Assembly (NCBI GenBank): GCA_003973265.1
Contig: QNYZ01000094.1
Coordinates: forward strand, 1,804-65,803
DNA: 64,000 nucleotides
Direction: 5' to 3'
From: Deltaproteobacteria bacterium
Lineage (GTDB): Bacteria; Desulfobacterota; Desulfobacteria; Desulfobacterales; QNYZ01
Part shown: positions 29,305 through 38,117 of the stretch, one piece after another
How positions within the stretch are numbered: the stretch's first letter is position 1
How the letters are laid out: each line of letters starts with the position of its first letter
The notes under the pieces: generated by a model
What the model was told of the DNA's origin: nothing
Seen by the model: the letters and a program-made list of their open reading frames with translations, nothing else
Database searches by the model: none
Program-made: the position numbers and the translations under genes

Positions 29305-29916
29305 CTATTGTTGATCCCGATACCCTGCTATCAGCTCGCGTACGTTTTTTTTATGCGCATAATAGATGATCCCGGCGGTTAAAAGGGTGCCCGCCACCGC
29401 CATGCCATCTGTCCCGCACCGGGCCAGGGTCCCGATGGCCAGCACCATGACCATCATGAAAGATCCGATAAACGGCTGCCGCGTGGCACCGTAGGCCGTC
29501 AACCACAAAATCATGCCGATGCCGCAAGACAGAGGAGAGAGCGCCAAGACAAACCCCAGGTAGTTGGCCACGCCTTTCCCCCCCCGGAACCGGTGAAAGC
29601 AGGGGAGGCGGTTGCCGATAATCAGGCCCAGTCCGATCCAGGGTACCTGGTAAAGCGGCAGAATGCTCAGCGCGACGAAGGCCAGGCTGACGGCTTTTCC
29701 CATTTCCAGGATCAGTACCCCTACCGCCCACCCCAAACCGGCCTGACGGTAGACGTTGGTTGCGCCGGGGTTGCCGCTGAACCGGGCACGGGGATCCTCT
29801 CTGCCCAGGATCCGAAACAGGCCGATGGATACATTGATGGATCCGGCGATGTAGGCCGCGGTGAATAACAGTATAAAACGCATGGGCTTCGGCTCCGGTT
29901 TCAGGCGATAATCCAA
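29305..29916 (-). CDS. plsY: Glycerol-3-phosphate acyltransferase PlsY (acyl-phosphate dependent)
   Basis: 203-aa ORF; the likely start is the Met at 29883. Motifs AYIAGSIN and FSGNPGATNVYR are PlsY signatures, with a multi-pass membrane profile. It is the last gene of the long minus-strand lipid operon. Confidence 0.88.
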   Translation of the reverse strand: MDYRLKPEPKPMRFILLFTAAYIAGSINVSIGLFRILGREDPRARFSGNPGATNVYRQAGLGWAVGVLILEMGKAVSLAFVALSILPLYQVPWIGLGLIIGNRLPCFHRFRGGKGVANYLGFVLALSPLSCGIGMILWLTAYGATRQPFIGSFMMVMVLAIGTLARCGTDGMAVAGTLLTAGIIYYAHKKNVRELIAGYRDQQ

Positions 29917-30773
29917 TCAGGCGGACCGGTGGAGACTCCGCTGATCGGACGCATTTCGACCCCGCTGATTGCTTCAACGATTTCTCCGGAAAGAGATTCA
30001 ATCCGGATATCAAAAGACAACCGGCCGCCGGACGTCTCAAGCGGTTGGACACGGGCAGCGTATTGTTCGTCCGGGGCCGTCGGCTTGAAGATGGTTCGCT
30101 TACGAATCGCAACGGGATAGGCCACGATCCGGGCATACCGCTGGCCCCAGGCACAGGCCACGTGGAAGGCCGCATCAAGCGGGAAGGGCGATCCCAGGAT
30201 GCCGGGAGCCGGGCGCGTGGTTGCCGGGGTGCCGGCCATGCCGGTGGCATGGGTGGGGAACAGGCAGATATGGCCGGTCAGGCTCTGGAATCCCGGCCCG
30301 AAAGGGACCAGTTCACGGTAAAGCCGATCGGCGCTGACTGAAAAGCCCTCCTGGGCCGCATATAATCGCATATCCCCCGGCGGAACCGGCTGCGCCCTGG
30401 AAAGGGCGTTCGGACGCGTGCCGGGTGCGGCGAATACCGCCGATATATGTTCTTTCATCCGGGTGATGGTACCCGATCTGGAGGTAAACCGGGTAGACAG
30501 CGTCCCCCTGGTATCGCCTGTATCGGCCACAGCCTGGATGGTTATCCTGAGATCGACATCGGTGTCGTCCGCCCCGACGGGCAATAATCGCGAAAAGGCA
30601 ATATCCCGCATACGGGTAACATCCGTCTGCGGGCGATGTTTGAGCACCGTGTCAGACAGAATCCGGAGTGCTTCCACCGCAGGCAGCACCGCCTGGTATC
30701 CCAGGCGGTGGTCCCGGATATACGCAGGGATGGTATAGTTAACTGAATCGGTTATCGGGGAAAATTTTTCCAT
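29901..30773 (-). CDS. Stand-alone PKS-type double-hotdog dehydratase (PS-DH-like)
   Basis: 290-aa ORF. N-terminal HRLGYQAVLP (His...Pro of the HxxxGxxxxP box, with the Gly shifted by one position) and C-terminal LDAAFH (DxxxH/Q box). The size fits a double hotdog. Confidence 0.6.
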   Translation of the reverse strand: MEKFSPITDSVNYTIPAYIRDHRLGYQAVLPAVEALRILSDTVLKHRPQTDVTRMRDIAFSRLLPVGADDTDVDLRITIQAVADTGDTRGTLSTRFTSRSGTITRMKEHISAVFAAPGTRPNALSRAQPVPPGDMRLYAAQEGFSVSADRLYRELVPFGPGFQSLTGHICLFPTHATGMAGTPATTRPAPGILGSPFPLDAAFHVACAWGQRYARIVAYPVAIRKRTIFKPTAPDEQYAARVQPLETSGGRLSFDIRIESLSGEIVEAISGVEMRPISGVSTGPPDWIIA

Positions 30774-31231
30774 AATCGGATGGTTTTTTTATCGATGCCC
30801 ACCGGGGTTCCGGTGGTGTTGGTGGCGCAATGCCGGGTGAACCCGTTGCAGATAACCTCCCCGGTTTCCCGATGGGTGATCACATATTCAAATCGCAGGC
30901 GCACCCGTTCCATTTCTGCCGGGCGGGTATGCACAAAAATGGGATCATCATAGTAAAGCGGCGTAAAATAGTTGACGCCCATGGCGATGATCGGATAGAT
31001 AAACCCGCTTTTTTCCACTTCGCGGTACGGGTAACCGGTATCGCGCATGAGAGACGCCCGCCCCAGCTCAAAGTATCGCAGGTAGTTGGCGTGATAGACC
31101 ACCTGGGAACGGTCGGTATCGGCGTAGAGGATGCGATGGGTGCAGCGGTGCCAGAAACGACCGTCGGTCAGGTCCTTGATATAATGCGTATCGGTTTGAT
31201 CTGTTTCCGGTTGAAACGGTTTGGGTTTCAC
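30752..31231 (-). CDS. 4HBT/YbgC-type hotdog thioesterase (ApeK-like)
   Basis: 159-aa ORF. ILYADTDRSQVVYHANYLRYFELGR is the classic YbgC/4HBT active-site context. Confidence 0.8.
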   Translation of the reverse strand: MKPKPFQPETDQTDTHYIKDLTDGRFWHRCTHRILYADTDRSQVVYHANYLRYFELGRASLMRDTGYPYREVEKSGFIYPIIAMGVNYFTPLYYDDPIFVHTRPAEMERVRLRFEYVITHRETGEVICNGFTRHCATNTTGTPVGIDKKTIRLWKNFPR

Positions 31232-31232
31232 G

Positions 31233-32498
31233 TCACATTCCTTTCAAGACCAGGCAGCAGTTGGTACCGCCGAATCCGAATGCATTGGAAAGAACAAATT
31301 CGTGGGCATACCGCCGGGCCGTATGGGGCACCACGTCCACGTCGTCCAGTTCCGGATCGGGAAGATGGTTAATTGTGGGCAGAATCAGGCCGTTTCGCAT
31401 CCCCTCCACGGACAGGGCCGCTTCGATGGCGGCCGACGCCCCCAGAGAATGGCCGAGCTGGGACTTGTTGGAAGACACCGGCAATTTTTCCAGCCGCCGT
31501 CCGAAGATGTCCCGCAGACATTCAACTTCCGTTAAATCACCTTTCCGGGTAGAGGTGCCATGGGCATTAACATAACCGATATCATCCGGCGTTATCCCGG
31601 CATCATCGATGGCTTGCGCAATGGCCCGGATGATCGTTTTTTTATTGGGCAGGGTGAAATGGTAGGCATCGGATGTCCATCCCACGCCGGCTACCTCGGC
31701 CAGCGGCGTCAATCCCCAGGTCTTTACCATCTCTTCGGCCGCCAAAGTCAGGACGCCGCACCCTTCGGACAATACGATCCCCCTGCGATCAATGGAAAAC
31801 GGCCGGCAGGCCTGCCGGGGATCATCCCAGGCCCGGTCTTTGGGGCCGATACTGATGGTGGCCAGCATATTGGCAAATCCCTGGACAATTTCCGGTACCA
31901 GGCAGGTATCCACGCCGCCGGTCAGGGCAAAGTCGCAATCGCCATCCCGGATCATGCGGGCGCCCATGGCAATGGCATGGTTACCCGAGGCGCAGGCCCC
32001 CTGGGGCGAGATGACCGGGCCGGTAAATCCCAGGGCCATCCCGGCTTTTCCGGCCGGCACATTGGCGCAGAGATTGGGCAGCAGGTAGGGGCTGACCTTG
32101 AAAGGTCCCTTGTTGACATAATTGTCCATGGCCACCCGGAAGGCATCGGTGCCGTTCAGGGCCGATCCGATCAGGCAGGCCGTGCGGGGGCCGGTCTCCG
32201 GGGTGATCTCAAGCCCGGAATCTGCCAGGGCCTGCTGGCAGATCGCCATGGTCAGGATGACGAAATCCGCGTTCCAGTTGTAGGCCTCCTTGCGGTCGAC
32301 AAAATCGTAGTCCAGGGGATCCCAGTCCGGAATTTCGCCGACCACGTTGCTGCGGGTCTGGACCTCGCAGCGACTGATTTTTCTAAAACCTGATTCGCCC
32401 CTGACTGCCCGGTCCCAGGTTTTCCGGAAGGTATTTCCCAAAGCCGTGGCCGCGCCGTAACCGACCACGAATACGCGCCTGTTTAATGGTGGTTTCAT
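31233..32498 (-). CDS. Beta-ketoacyl-ACP synthase (FabF/FabB-type KS)
   Basis: 421-aa ORF with the Cys-His-His triad contexts GACASGNHA, NAHGTSTRKGD and LGHSLGASAAIE. Confidence 0.9.
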   Translation of the reverse strand: MKPPLNRRVFVVGYGAATALGNTFRKTWDRAVRGESGFRKISRCEVQTRSNVVGEIPDWDPLDYDFVDRKEAYNWNADFVILTMAICQQALADSGLEITPETGPRTACLIGSALNGTDAFRVAMDNYVNKGPFKVSPYLLPNLCANVPAGKAGMALGFTGPVISPQGACASGNHAIAMGARMIRDGDCDFALTGGVDTCLVPEIVQGFANMLATISIGPKDRAWDDPRQACRPFSIDRRGIVLSEGCGVLTLAAEEMVKTWGLTPLAEVAGVGWTSDAYHFTLPNKKTIIRAIAQAIDDAGITPDDIGYVNAHGTSTRKGDLTEVECLRDIFGRRLEKLPVSSNKSQLGHSLGASAAIEAALSVEGMRNGLILPTINHLPDPELDDVDVVPHTARRYAHEFVLSNAFGFGGTNCCLVLKGM

Positions 32499-32577
32499 GT
32501 ACGTTCAGTCTGTTATGTCTACCTGTAAGCCTGTCAATCCGTATCGGTTGTTTAGCCGGATGGCGGGCAGGTTGCGT

Positions 32578-33831
32578 CTATGCGTTTATTTTCTGAAAGA
32601 CGGCGCAGGAATTACAGCCGCCGAAGCCAAAAGCATTTTTTAACACAAATTCCTGCTCAAGTCGACGGGGACCTTCGGAAACGCAATCGATGGGAAGCGC
32701 GGGGTCTTCGGTGTAGTTGATGGTGGGAATCAGCGTCCGGTTGATCATTCCCATGATGGTAAACACCGATTCAATGGCACTTGATGCGCCCATGGCATGG
32801 CCGATCAGCGATTTATTGGCCGTCACCGGCGGGATCCGGCCAGGGAAATTTTCGGCCAGGGCATCGTATTCCACCCGGTCGCCGACGCGGGTGGAGGCGG
32901 CATGCGCGTTAACGGCGTCGATCTGCCGGGCCTCGATCCGGGCATCGGCGAGGCTTTCCTTGATGCAGCGGCTCACCGTGGCCAGATTGGGCGCCACAAA
33001 ATGATGGGCATCCGAGGTCATGGCATATCCGGCCAGGGCGATTTTCGGATCCAGGCCGTGGGCCCGGGAAAATTCGTGGGAGCAGAGAACGATGGCGGCC
33101 GCACCTTCGGAAATCACGAACCCCCTCCGGTCAACGGAAAAGGGCCGGCTGGCCCGATGGGGTGGCTCGGCTTTCAGGCCGGGTTTGGGATTAAAGGCGC
33201 CGTTCATGGTGAAAAACCCGGCCACGATCGGCTCGACCAGGGCGAAATCAACGGCGCCGCAGATCACGACATCGGCCATCCCCTGCCTGATCAGCATGGC
33301 GCCCGTAATGATCGAGGTCAATCCCGTGGCACAGGCCGTAATGGTCGAGAGAATCGGCCCGGTGGCGCCGGTCAGTATCGAGACCTTGCCGCCCACCATG
33401 TTGATGCATGAATTGGGATTGGTAAACGGATGGGGCAGTTTATGCTCGGCGATCATCCTTCGGTCGGCTGCAAGCACCGCGTCCTGACCGCCCACAGCCG
33501 AGCTGAACGTAATGGCCACCCGGGGTGCCAGGGTTGAATCAATTTCGATGCCACTGTGATTCAAGGCCCGATGCACCGTCAACAGGGCATGTGGGAAAAC
33601 CGGCGATGTCCAGTGGGCCATGGCCCGGGGGGAAAGAAAGGGGTAGGGAGCCGGGTCGAAATCCGGTACCTGTCCGGCGATACGGACGGGAAAATCATCG
33701 GCCAGCGGAAAACGGGTCAGGGGGCCGATCCCGCTTTTCCCTTCAAGCGCCCGCTCCCATTGCGCCGACAATTCGGTTCCCAAAGGGGATACGGTATCGA
33801 ACCCGGCGATAACGGCGGTTTTTGAATTCAT
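32578..33831 (-). CDS. Beta-ketoacyl-ACP synthase (second KS, divergent)
   Basis: 417-aa ORF. TACATGLTS (Cys present), NAHAASTRVGD (HAAST instead of HGTST) and IGHAMGASSAIE. Confidence 0.85.
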   Translation of the reverse strand: MNSKTAVIAGFDTVSPLGTELSAQWERALEGKSGIGPLTRFPLADDFPVRIAGQVPDFDPAPYPFLSPRAMAHWTSPVFPHALLTVHRALNHSGIEIDSTLAPRVAITFSSAVGGQDAVLAADRRMIAEHKLPHPFTNPNSCINMVGGKVSILTGATGPILSTITACATGLTSIITGAMLIRQGMADVVICGAVDFALVEPIVAGFFTMNGAFNPKPGLKAEPPHRASRPFSVDRRGFVISEGAAAIVLCSHEFSRAHGLDPKIALAGYAMTSDAHHFVAPNLATVSRCIKESLADARIEARQIDAVNAHAASTRVGDRVEYDALAENFPGRIPPVTANKSLIGHAMGASSAIESVFTIMGMINRTLIPTINYTEDPALPIDCVSEGPRRLEQEFVLKNAFGFGGCNSCAVFQKINA

Positions 33832-33876
33832 CGGATGTCATTTCACGGCGTCAGGACAGCCGCGGGTCCCTCTGTT

Positions 33877-34875
33877 TTACCAGGGAATGAAGCGATACAG
33901 CTTGGCGAACATCTCGTAGACTTCAATCCAGTTCTGAAAATCCTCAGCCGACCGCATGTGGGCACGTTTGTTGACCATGACCCAGCTCATGTGGGCGGCG
34001 CCGTCTTTGCAGGTGCGGCAGTCCCGGGTTTCCGACGTGCAGCAGCGGTGAGTAGTGGTTAGATCCGAGGCCCAGCGGACAAAGTGAATCAGGCGTTTGG
34101 GCTGCGGATCACGGTTATCGAACGATTCGGTCACCGACGGGCATTCGTTCCAGCCAAATGGGCGGCCGAGCATTTTACCCGTGGTAATGATTTTATGGTA
34201 GTACTTGGAAGAAATGACCGTATCCGGGTAGCGGTCGAGCATATCATCCATTTCCGCCCGGATGTCGATCAGTTCTTCAGGCTGCCAGGAAAAGCCGTCC
34301 ACATCTTCATCATTGGATAAAAGCTGCATGTGAACCTTGACGCCGATATCGCGGATTTTACGAACGATTCCTTCGGTTTTGCCGATCTGCCGGGGGGTAA
34401 TGGTATAGAGGTAATAGGTATACGCATCACCGGCATAATTTTTACTGGAAATGGCAAAGGTATCCCTGCCGCGAAGCTGAATCTCATCTTCTTCGGTTCC
34501 CCACAGGGAAATACCGACCATCAGGTCGGGAAAGCGGTCCCGTGGTACCTTGATCAGGCCGTTGGTGGCGCAAAAGGTGGGGATACGCTGATAAAACGCA
34601 TCGACCCGGTCCAGGCTGAGGCTCGGTTCGCCGCCGATGAGGATGGCCAGGTTGACGCCGCGGGCTTTTTCCTTATCGATAAAGGCTTCCCATCTGGTCA
34701 GGTCTCTTTCCTCGTCGGCGACTTTGTCCTCATCGGAAGAAAAAAAGAAGCACCCCTTGCAGCGCAGGTTGCAACGGTTATTCACATCGTAAATGGAACT
34801 GCGGATATTGAGTTTCGAAATCCGTTTATATCGGTTGTACCAGTCTTCGTTTAATAGGGAACTAATTGTTTTCAT
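33877..34875 (-). CDS. Radical SAM enzyme with a C-terminal Cys-rich (auxiliary-cluster-like) motif
   Basis: 332-aa ORF. CNLRCKGC is the CxxxCxxC motif. C-terminal CCTSETRDCRTC. Paralogous to the next gene. Confidence 0.8.
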   Translation of the reverse strand: MKTISSLLNEDWYNRYKRISKLNIRSSIYDVNNRCNLRCKGCFFFSSDEDKVADEERDLTRWEAFIDKEKARGVNLAILIGGEPSLSLDRVDAFYQRIPTFCATNGLIKVPRDRFPDLMVGISLWGTEEDEIQLRGRDTFAISSKNYAGDAYTYYLYTITPRQIGKTEGIVRKIRDIGVKVHMQLLSNDEDVDGFSWQPEELIDIRAEMDDMLDRYPDTVISSKYYHKIITTGKMLGRPFGWNECPSVTESFDNRDPQPKRLIHFVRWASDLTTTHRCCTSETRDCRTCKDGAAHMSWVMVNKRAHMRSAEDFQNWIEVYEMFAKLYRFIPW

Positions 34876-34923
34876 TTAAAATACTCCAAATAATCAACCT
34901 GTTACGGGTAAGATCCGGGCCTG

Positions 34924-36051
34924 TCAGGCCGGGTTGCGGCCCGGCGGCGGCACAAGATGATGGCAAAGGTTGGTGCCCTTGGAATAATCCGCTACCCAGA
35001 CGGCCAGGTAGGTATCGACATAATCGAGCCAGGCTTTAAAGGTGGCCGAACTGGCGGCATGGCGAAAGAGCCGCGCGGTGACCACGGCGCTTCCGGCAGC
35101 ATAATGCCGGCAATCATCACAATCCGTATCCGGTACGCAGCAGGCGGCCTGGCGGTCCCAGGTCAGATCGGACCGATACTGGCGGAAAGACCGGCCCAGC
35201 CCGATGGTTTTGGAGGGATTCCGGCGGGGATACGAGCAGCCGTACAGGCTATGCAGACCCAGTGTGTGGGTATGGGCAACGGTATTGTACGGCGAGTAAA
35301 TGATATGCCGGGGATAGTCGTTTATCAGGGCCGACATGGTGCTTCGCATATGGGCCAGTGAATCCGGAGTATGCCGCAGATGTCCCTGATAGCCGACTGG
35401 CGCGGAAAAAACGTTAAAGGTCACCTTGAAGTTGTTTTTTACCAGTGTCCGGATTACCTCGCGGCTTTCATCGATATTTTCACGGGTGAATGTGTAGACG
35501 ATTATCGCGCGGGGGTCATCCCGGTAATTCTCCATCTGTTTTTTCAAAAGATCCGCGGCATGTCGAACCCGGCGGCTGGTCTGATCGTTTCCCCATACGG
35601 AAATATGAATTTTGTAACCGACGGATGTGGGAATCGGCTGAACGCCGTTGGTGGCGATGGCGCCCAGCGGAATGACATCTGAACAGACCTGGCAGAGTTC
35701 GGGAACCAGGGAGGGTTCCGCCCCGGCCAGGACCGCGTAGGTAATCCCTCTCTCTTTTTCAGCGGTCATATGCCGGCGCCAGGCATCCGGGTCGGAATTA
35801 TTTTCGGCGTATTGTTTCTCGCCTTCATAAAAATAGCAGCCGTCGCAGCGGATATTGCAACGGCTGGTCATGTCGTAGGTCGATTCTCTCAGGAAAAAAT
35901 ATCGGCGCACCTTTTCCCACCGCTCCCGCACGGCAGGGTCCGATAAAATATCGGAAAATCGGGTGGTTCCGGTTGAAGCGGATGAATCCGGCTTTGACAC
36001 CGGTTTCGACTCGGGGCTCTTTTCCGCCTGGTTGAGGACAAGGGTTTTCAC
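34924..36051 (-). CDS. Radical SAM enzyme with a C-terminal Cys-rich motif (paralog of 33877-34875)
   Basis: 375-aa ORF. CNIRCDGC is the CxxxCxxC motif. C-terminal CCVPDTDCDDC. Confidence 0.8.
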   Translation of the reverse strand: MKTLVLNQAEKSPESKPVSKPDSSASTGTTRFSDILSDPAVRERWEKVRRYFFLRESTYDMTSRCNIRCDGCYFYEGEKQYAENNSDPDAWRRHMTAEKERGITYAVLAGAEPSLVPELCQVCSDVIPLGAIATNGVQPIPTSVGYKIHISVWGNDQTSRRVRHAADLLKKQMENYRDDPRAIIVYTFTRENIDESREVIRTLVKNNFKVTFNVFSAPVGYQGHLRHTPDSLAHMRSTMSALINDYPRHIIYSPYNTVAHTHTLGLHSLYGCSYPRRNPSKTIGLGRSFRQYRSDLTWDRQAACCVPDTDCDDCRHYAAGSAVVTARLFRHAASSATFKAWLDYVDTYLAVWVADYSKGTNLCHHLVPPPGRNPA

Positions 36052-36060
36052 GGGAAACCT

Positions 36061-36324
36061 CTATTTAATTCGCTGCCCGACGTAATCAGCGATCAATCGA
36101 ATCGTCGTCAGTTTCGGGTAGTCATCTTCGTCGATGTGAATGGCATATTCGTCCTGCAATACCAGCGCCACCGTGGCCAGATCCATGCTGTCGATACCGA
36201 TCTCATCAATGAGATCCACGTCCGCGTCAAATGTTTCCGGGGTTACGTCTTCCAGTTTCAGTTCGTTGATCATCACCTCCGCTACGCGTCGGATGATGGC
36301 ATCGCCGTCGATCTTGTTTGTCAT
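36061..36324 (-). CDS. Acyl carrier protein
   Basis: 87-aa ORF with IGIDSMDLATV (DSxD phosphopantetheine Ser context). Confidence 0.88.
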   Translation of the reverse strand: MTNKIDGDAIIRRVAEVMINELKLEDVTPETFDADVDLIDEIGIDSMDLATVALVLQDEYAIHIDEDDYPKLTTIRLIADYVGQRIK

Positions 36325-36357
36325 GCTATGGTCTCCAAGGGTTTCATATTATTGTGT

Positions 36358-36780
36358 TTATATATCTTCGGGCGGCTGCCGCTCCACTGTGAGCCGTCCT
36401 GAACAGGCGAGCTCTCCGCCGGATTCAACCCGAAAGGTGCAGGTTAACGGTGTCCGGTTGCCCGGGCAGATAACGACTTCAAGGGGATCGCCGGGCCGGA
36501 TGATCCGCTTGAAGCGGACCCGGCTGACCTGTTTTAATTGAAACCGTTCGTCTTCCGCCTGGCAGATTGCATCTAACACCATGCTTAATTGCGCAATTCC
36601 GGGCAGGATCGGGTTATCAGGAAAATGTCCGGAAAACCAGAAAGAATCGGATTCTACCGAAACCCTCGCATTAATTTCACCCAGGTTATTCTGCCGCAAA
36701 TCCAGAAACCGATACCATTTTCCCCGGTTAAATAAAAGGGGCGGATGCGAATTTTTGGTCATTTTCTCAGATACTCCCAT
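36358..36780 (-). CDS. FabZ/FabA-like hotdog 3-hydroxyacyl-ACP dehydratase (ApeI-like)
   Basis: 140-aa ORF with FSGHFPDNPILPGIAQLS, the FabZ-type catalytic His context. An alternative start at 36762 gives an ATGA overlap with the upstream radical SAM gene stop. Confidence 0.8.
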   Translation of the reverse strand: MGVSEKMTKNSHPPLLFNRGKWYRFLDLRQNNLGEINARVSVESDSFWFSGHFPDNPILPGIAQLSMVLDAICQAEDERFQLKQVSRVRFKRIIRPGDPLEVVICPGNRTPLTCTFRVESGGELACSGRLTVERQPPEDI

Positions 36781-38117
36781 AGTGGCCCGCTGAATCCCTG
36801 CTGGTACAGTTTTGGCAGAGCGGTTGCCGACAGATCTTCGCCATTGGTGAAGATCCAGTTCCGGTGATGTTCAGCATGTGAATGAATGTGGCGAATGATC
36901 CGATCCGGGGAAATCCCCGGCGGGCGATAGAAAACGGGATCAAGCAGGCTCTGCCCCGGAGAAATCTGTCCCTGTCGGCATGCCAGGTCGTACAGGGGCG
37001 TGTGGGGATAAATCCGCATGCCGCAGAAGATGAAGATGACCGTCTGTTTAAATGCGTCGAGCGCTGTTAACGTCTCTTCAAGACTGTCGATGGTTTCGCC
37101 CGGGCCACCAAGCAGAATATAATGAGCGACGTATAACCCGGCGGCCACGGCCCGTTGGTGGGCAATCTGCACATCTTCTGCCTTAAATGGTTTTCCATAC
37201 GCTTTCAATACCCGGTTGCAGAGCGATTCGGTTCCGAATTCAACATGGGTCAGTCCGGCCTCGGCCAGCAGCCTGAAATATCCCCTGGGGGGGACGATGG
37301 GCGCAAAGAACCCGCCCCAGGGGACATGGATTCCCGAACGGATAAACGCCCGTGCCACTTCGGCGCTGTGTGTCATGTCTGCGTTGAAAGCCGAGTCGGT
37401 GATAAAAAGGTATCTGGCCCCGGCCTCGACGAGGCGGGCGGCCGTGCCGGCGACTTCGGCCGGGGGGATCAACCGCATCCGGCGCCCTTCAATATAGGGA
37501 TAGGTGCAATAGACGCATCGAAAGGGACAGCCCCGCTTGGTCTGCAGGTTCAACATGCCGCCGTGTTCCAGGTAGTACCGGTGATGACCATCGGCTGCAG
37601 TGACCGTCCGCTGGATATTGCCGCTCAAGGGCGGGGGCATCCGGCCTGGTGTGCCGGGGAGAATGACTCCCGGAATCTGACCAGGGATCCGGGCCGGGGC
37701 CGTGCCGGCTTCGATGGCGTCTAACAGCTGCAGCAGCCGTTCCCCTTCACCGATAATGCCGAAATCAGCCTTGAGTTCGGTGAGAATTTCATCGGGAAAG
37801 AGGGTAAATCCACTTCCTCCCAAAACAAGCGGCACATCGGTCAATTGCCGGATATGATGACACAGGTTGCGGTGGTCATTGATGAATGTTTGTGGATTTT
37901 CAATATCCGTATTGTCCACATTGCGCAGAGATACCCCGATCAAGTCCGGTTTGAAAGCACGGATAAGGGTGGATAAATCGTCGTTCGTTGTCAGGTTGAT
38001 GTCGGCAATGCGCACCTCATGCCGATGGGCAATGGCCCCGGCTACATAATCAAGACCCACCGGGTAGACCGGAAAGGGGATGGTCATCGGGTTGGCGGAG
38101 ATGAGCAGGACTTTCAT
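36759..38117 (-). CDS. B12-binding-domain radical SAM enzyme (class B)
   Basis: 452-aa ORF. The N-terminal MKVLLISANP...PVGLDYVAGAI is a Rossmann-like cobalamin-binding domain layout, followed by KRGCPFRCVYCTYP (CxxxCxxC). The start directly abuts the KS-CLF stop (TAG at 38120-38118, ATG at 38117). Confidence 0.8.
   Translation of the reverse strand: MKVLLISANPMTIPFPVYPVGLDYVAGAIAHRHEVRIADINLTTNDDLSTLIRAFKPDLIGVSLRNVDNTDIENPQTFINDHRNLCHHIRQLTDVPLVLGGSGFTLFPDEILTELKADFGIIGEGERLLQLLDAIEAGTAPARIPGQIPGVILPGTPGRMPPPLSGNIQRTVTAADGHHRYYLEHGGMLNLQTKRGCPFRCVYCTYPYIEGRRMRLIPPAEVAGTAARLVEAGARYLFITDSAFNADMTHSAEVARAFIRSGIHVPWGGFFAPIVPPRGYFRLLAEAGLTHVEFGTESLCNRVLKAYGKPFKAEDVQIAHQRAVAAGLYVAHYILLGGPGETIDSLEETLTALDAFKQTVIFIFCGMRIYPHTPLYDLACRQGQISPGQSLLDPVFYRPPGISPDRIIRHIHSHAEHHRNWIFTNGEDLSATALPKLYQQGFSGPLWEYLRK

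Noticed and set aside
29351-30250. 299-aa Pro/Arg-rich minus-strand ORF overlapping plsY and the PS-DH gene
   Set aside because: It is out of frame with two ORFs that carry clear family motifs. Its composition (Pro, Arg, Gly runs) is typical of off-frame translation of GC-rich coding DNA.
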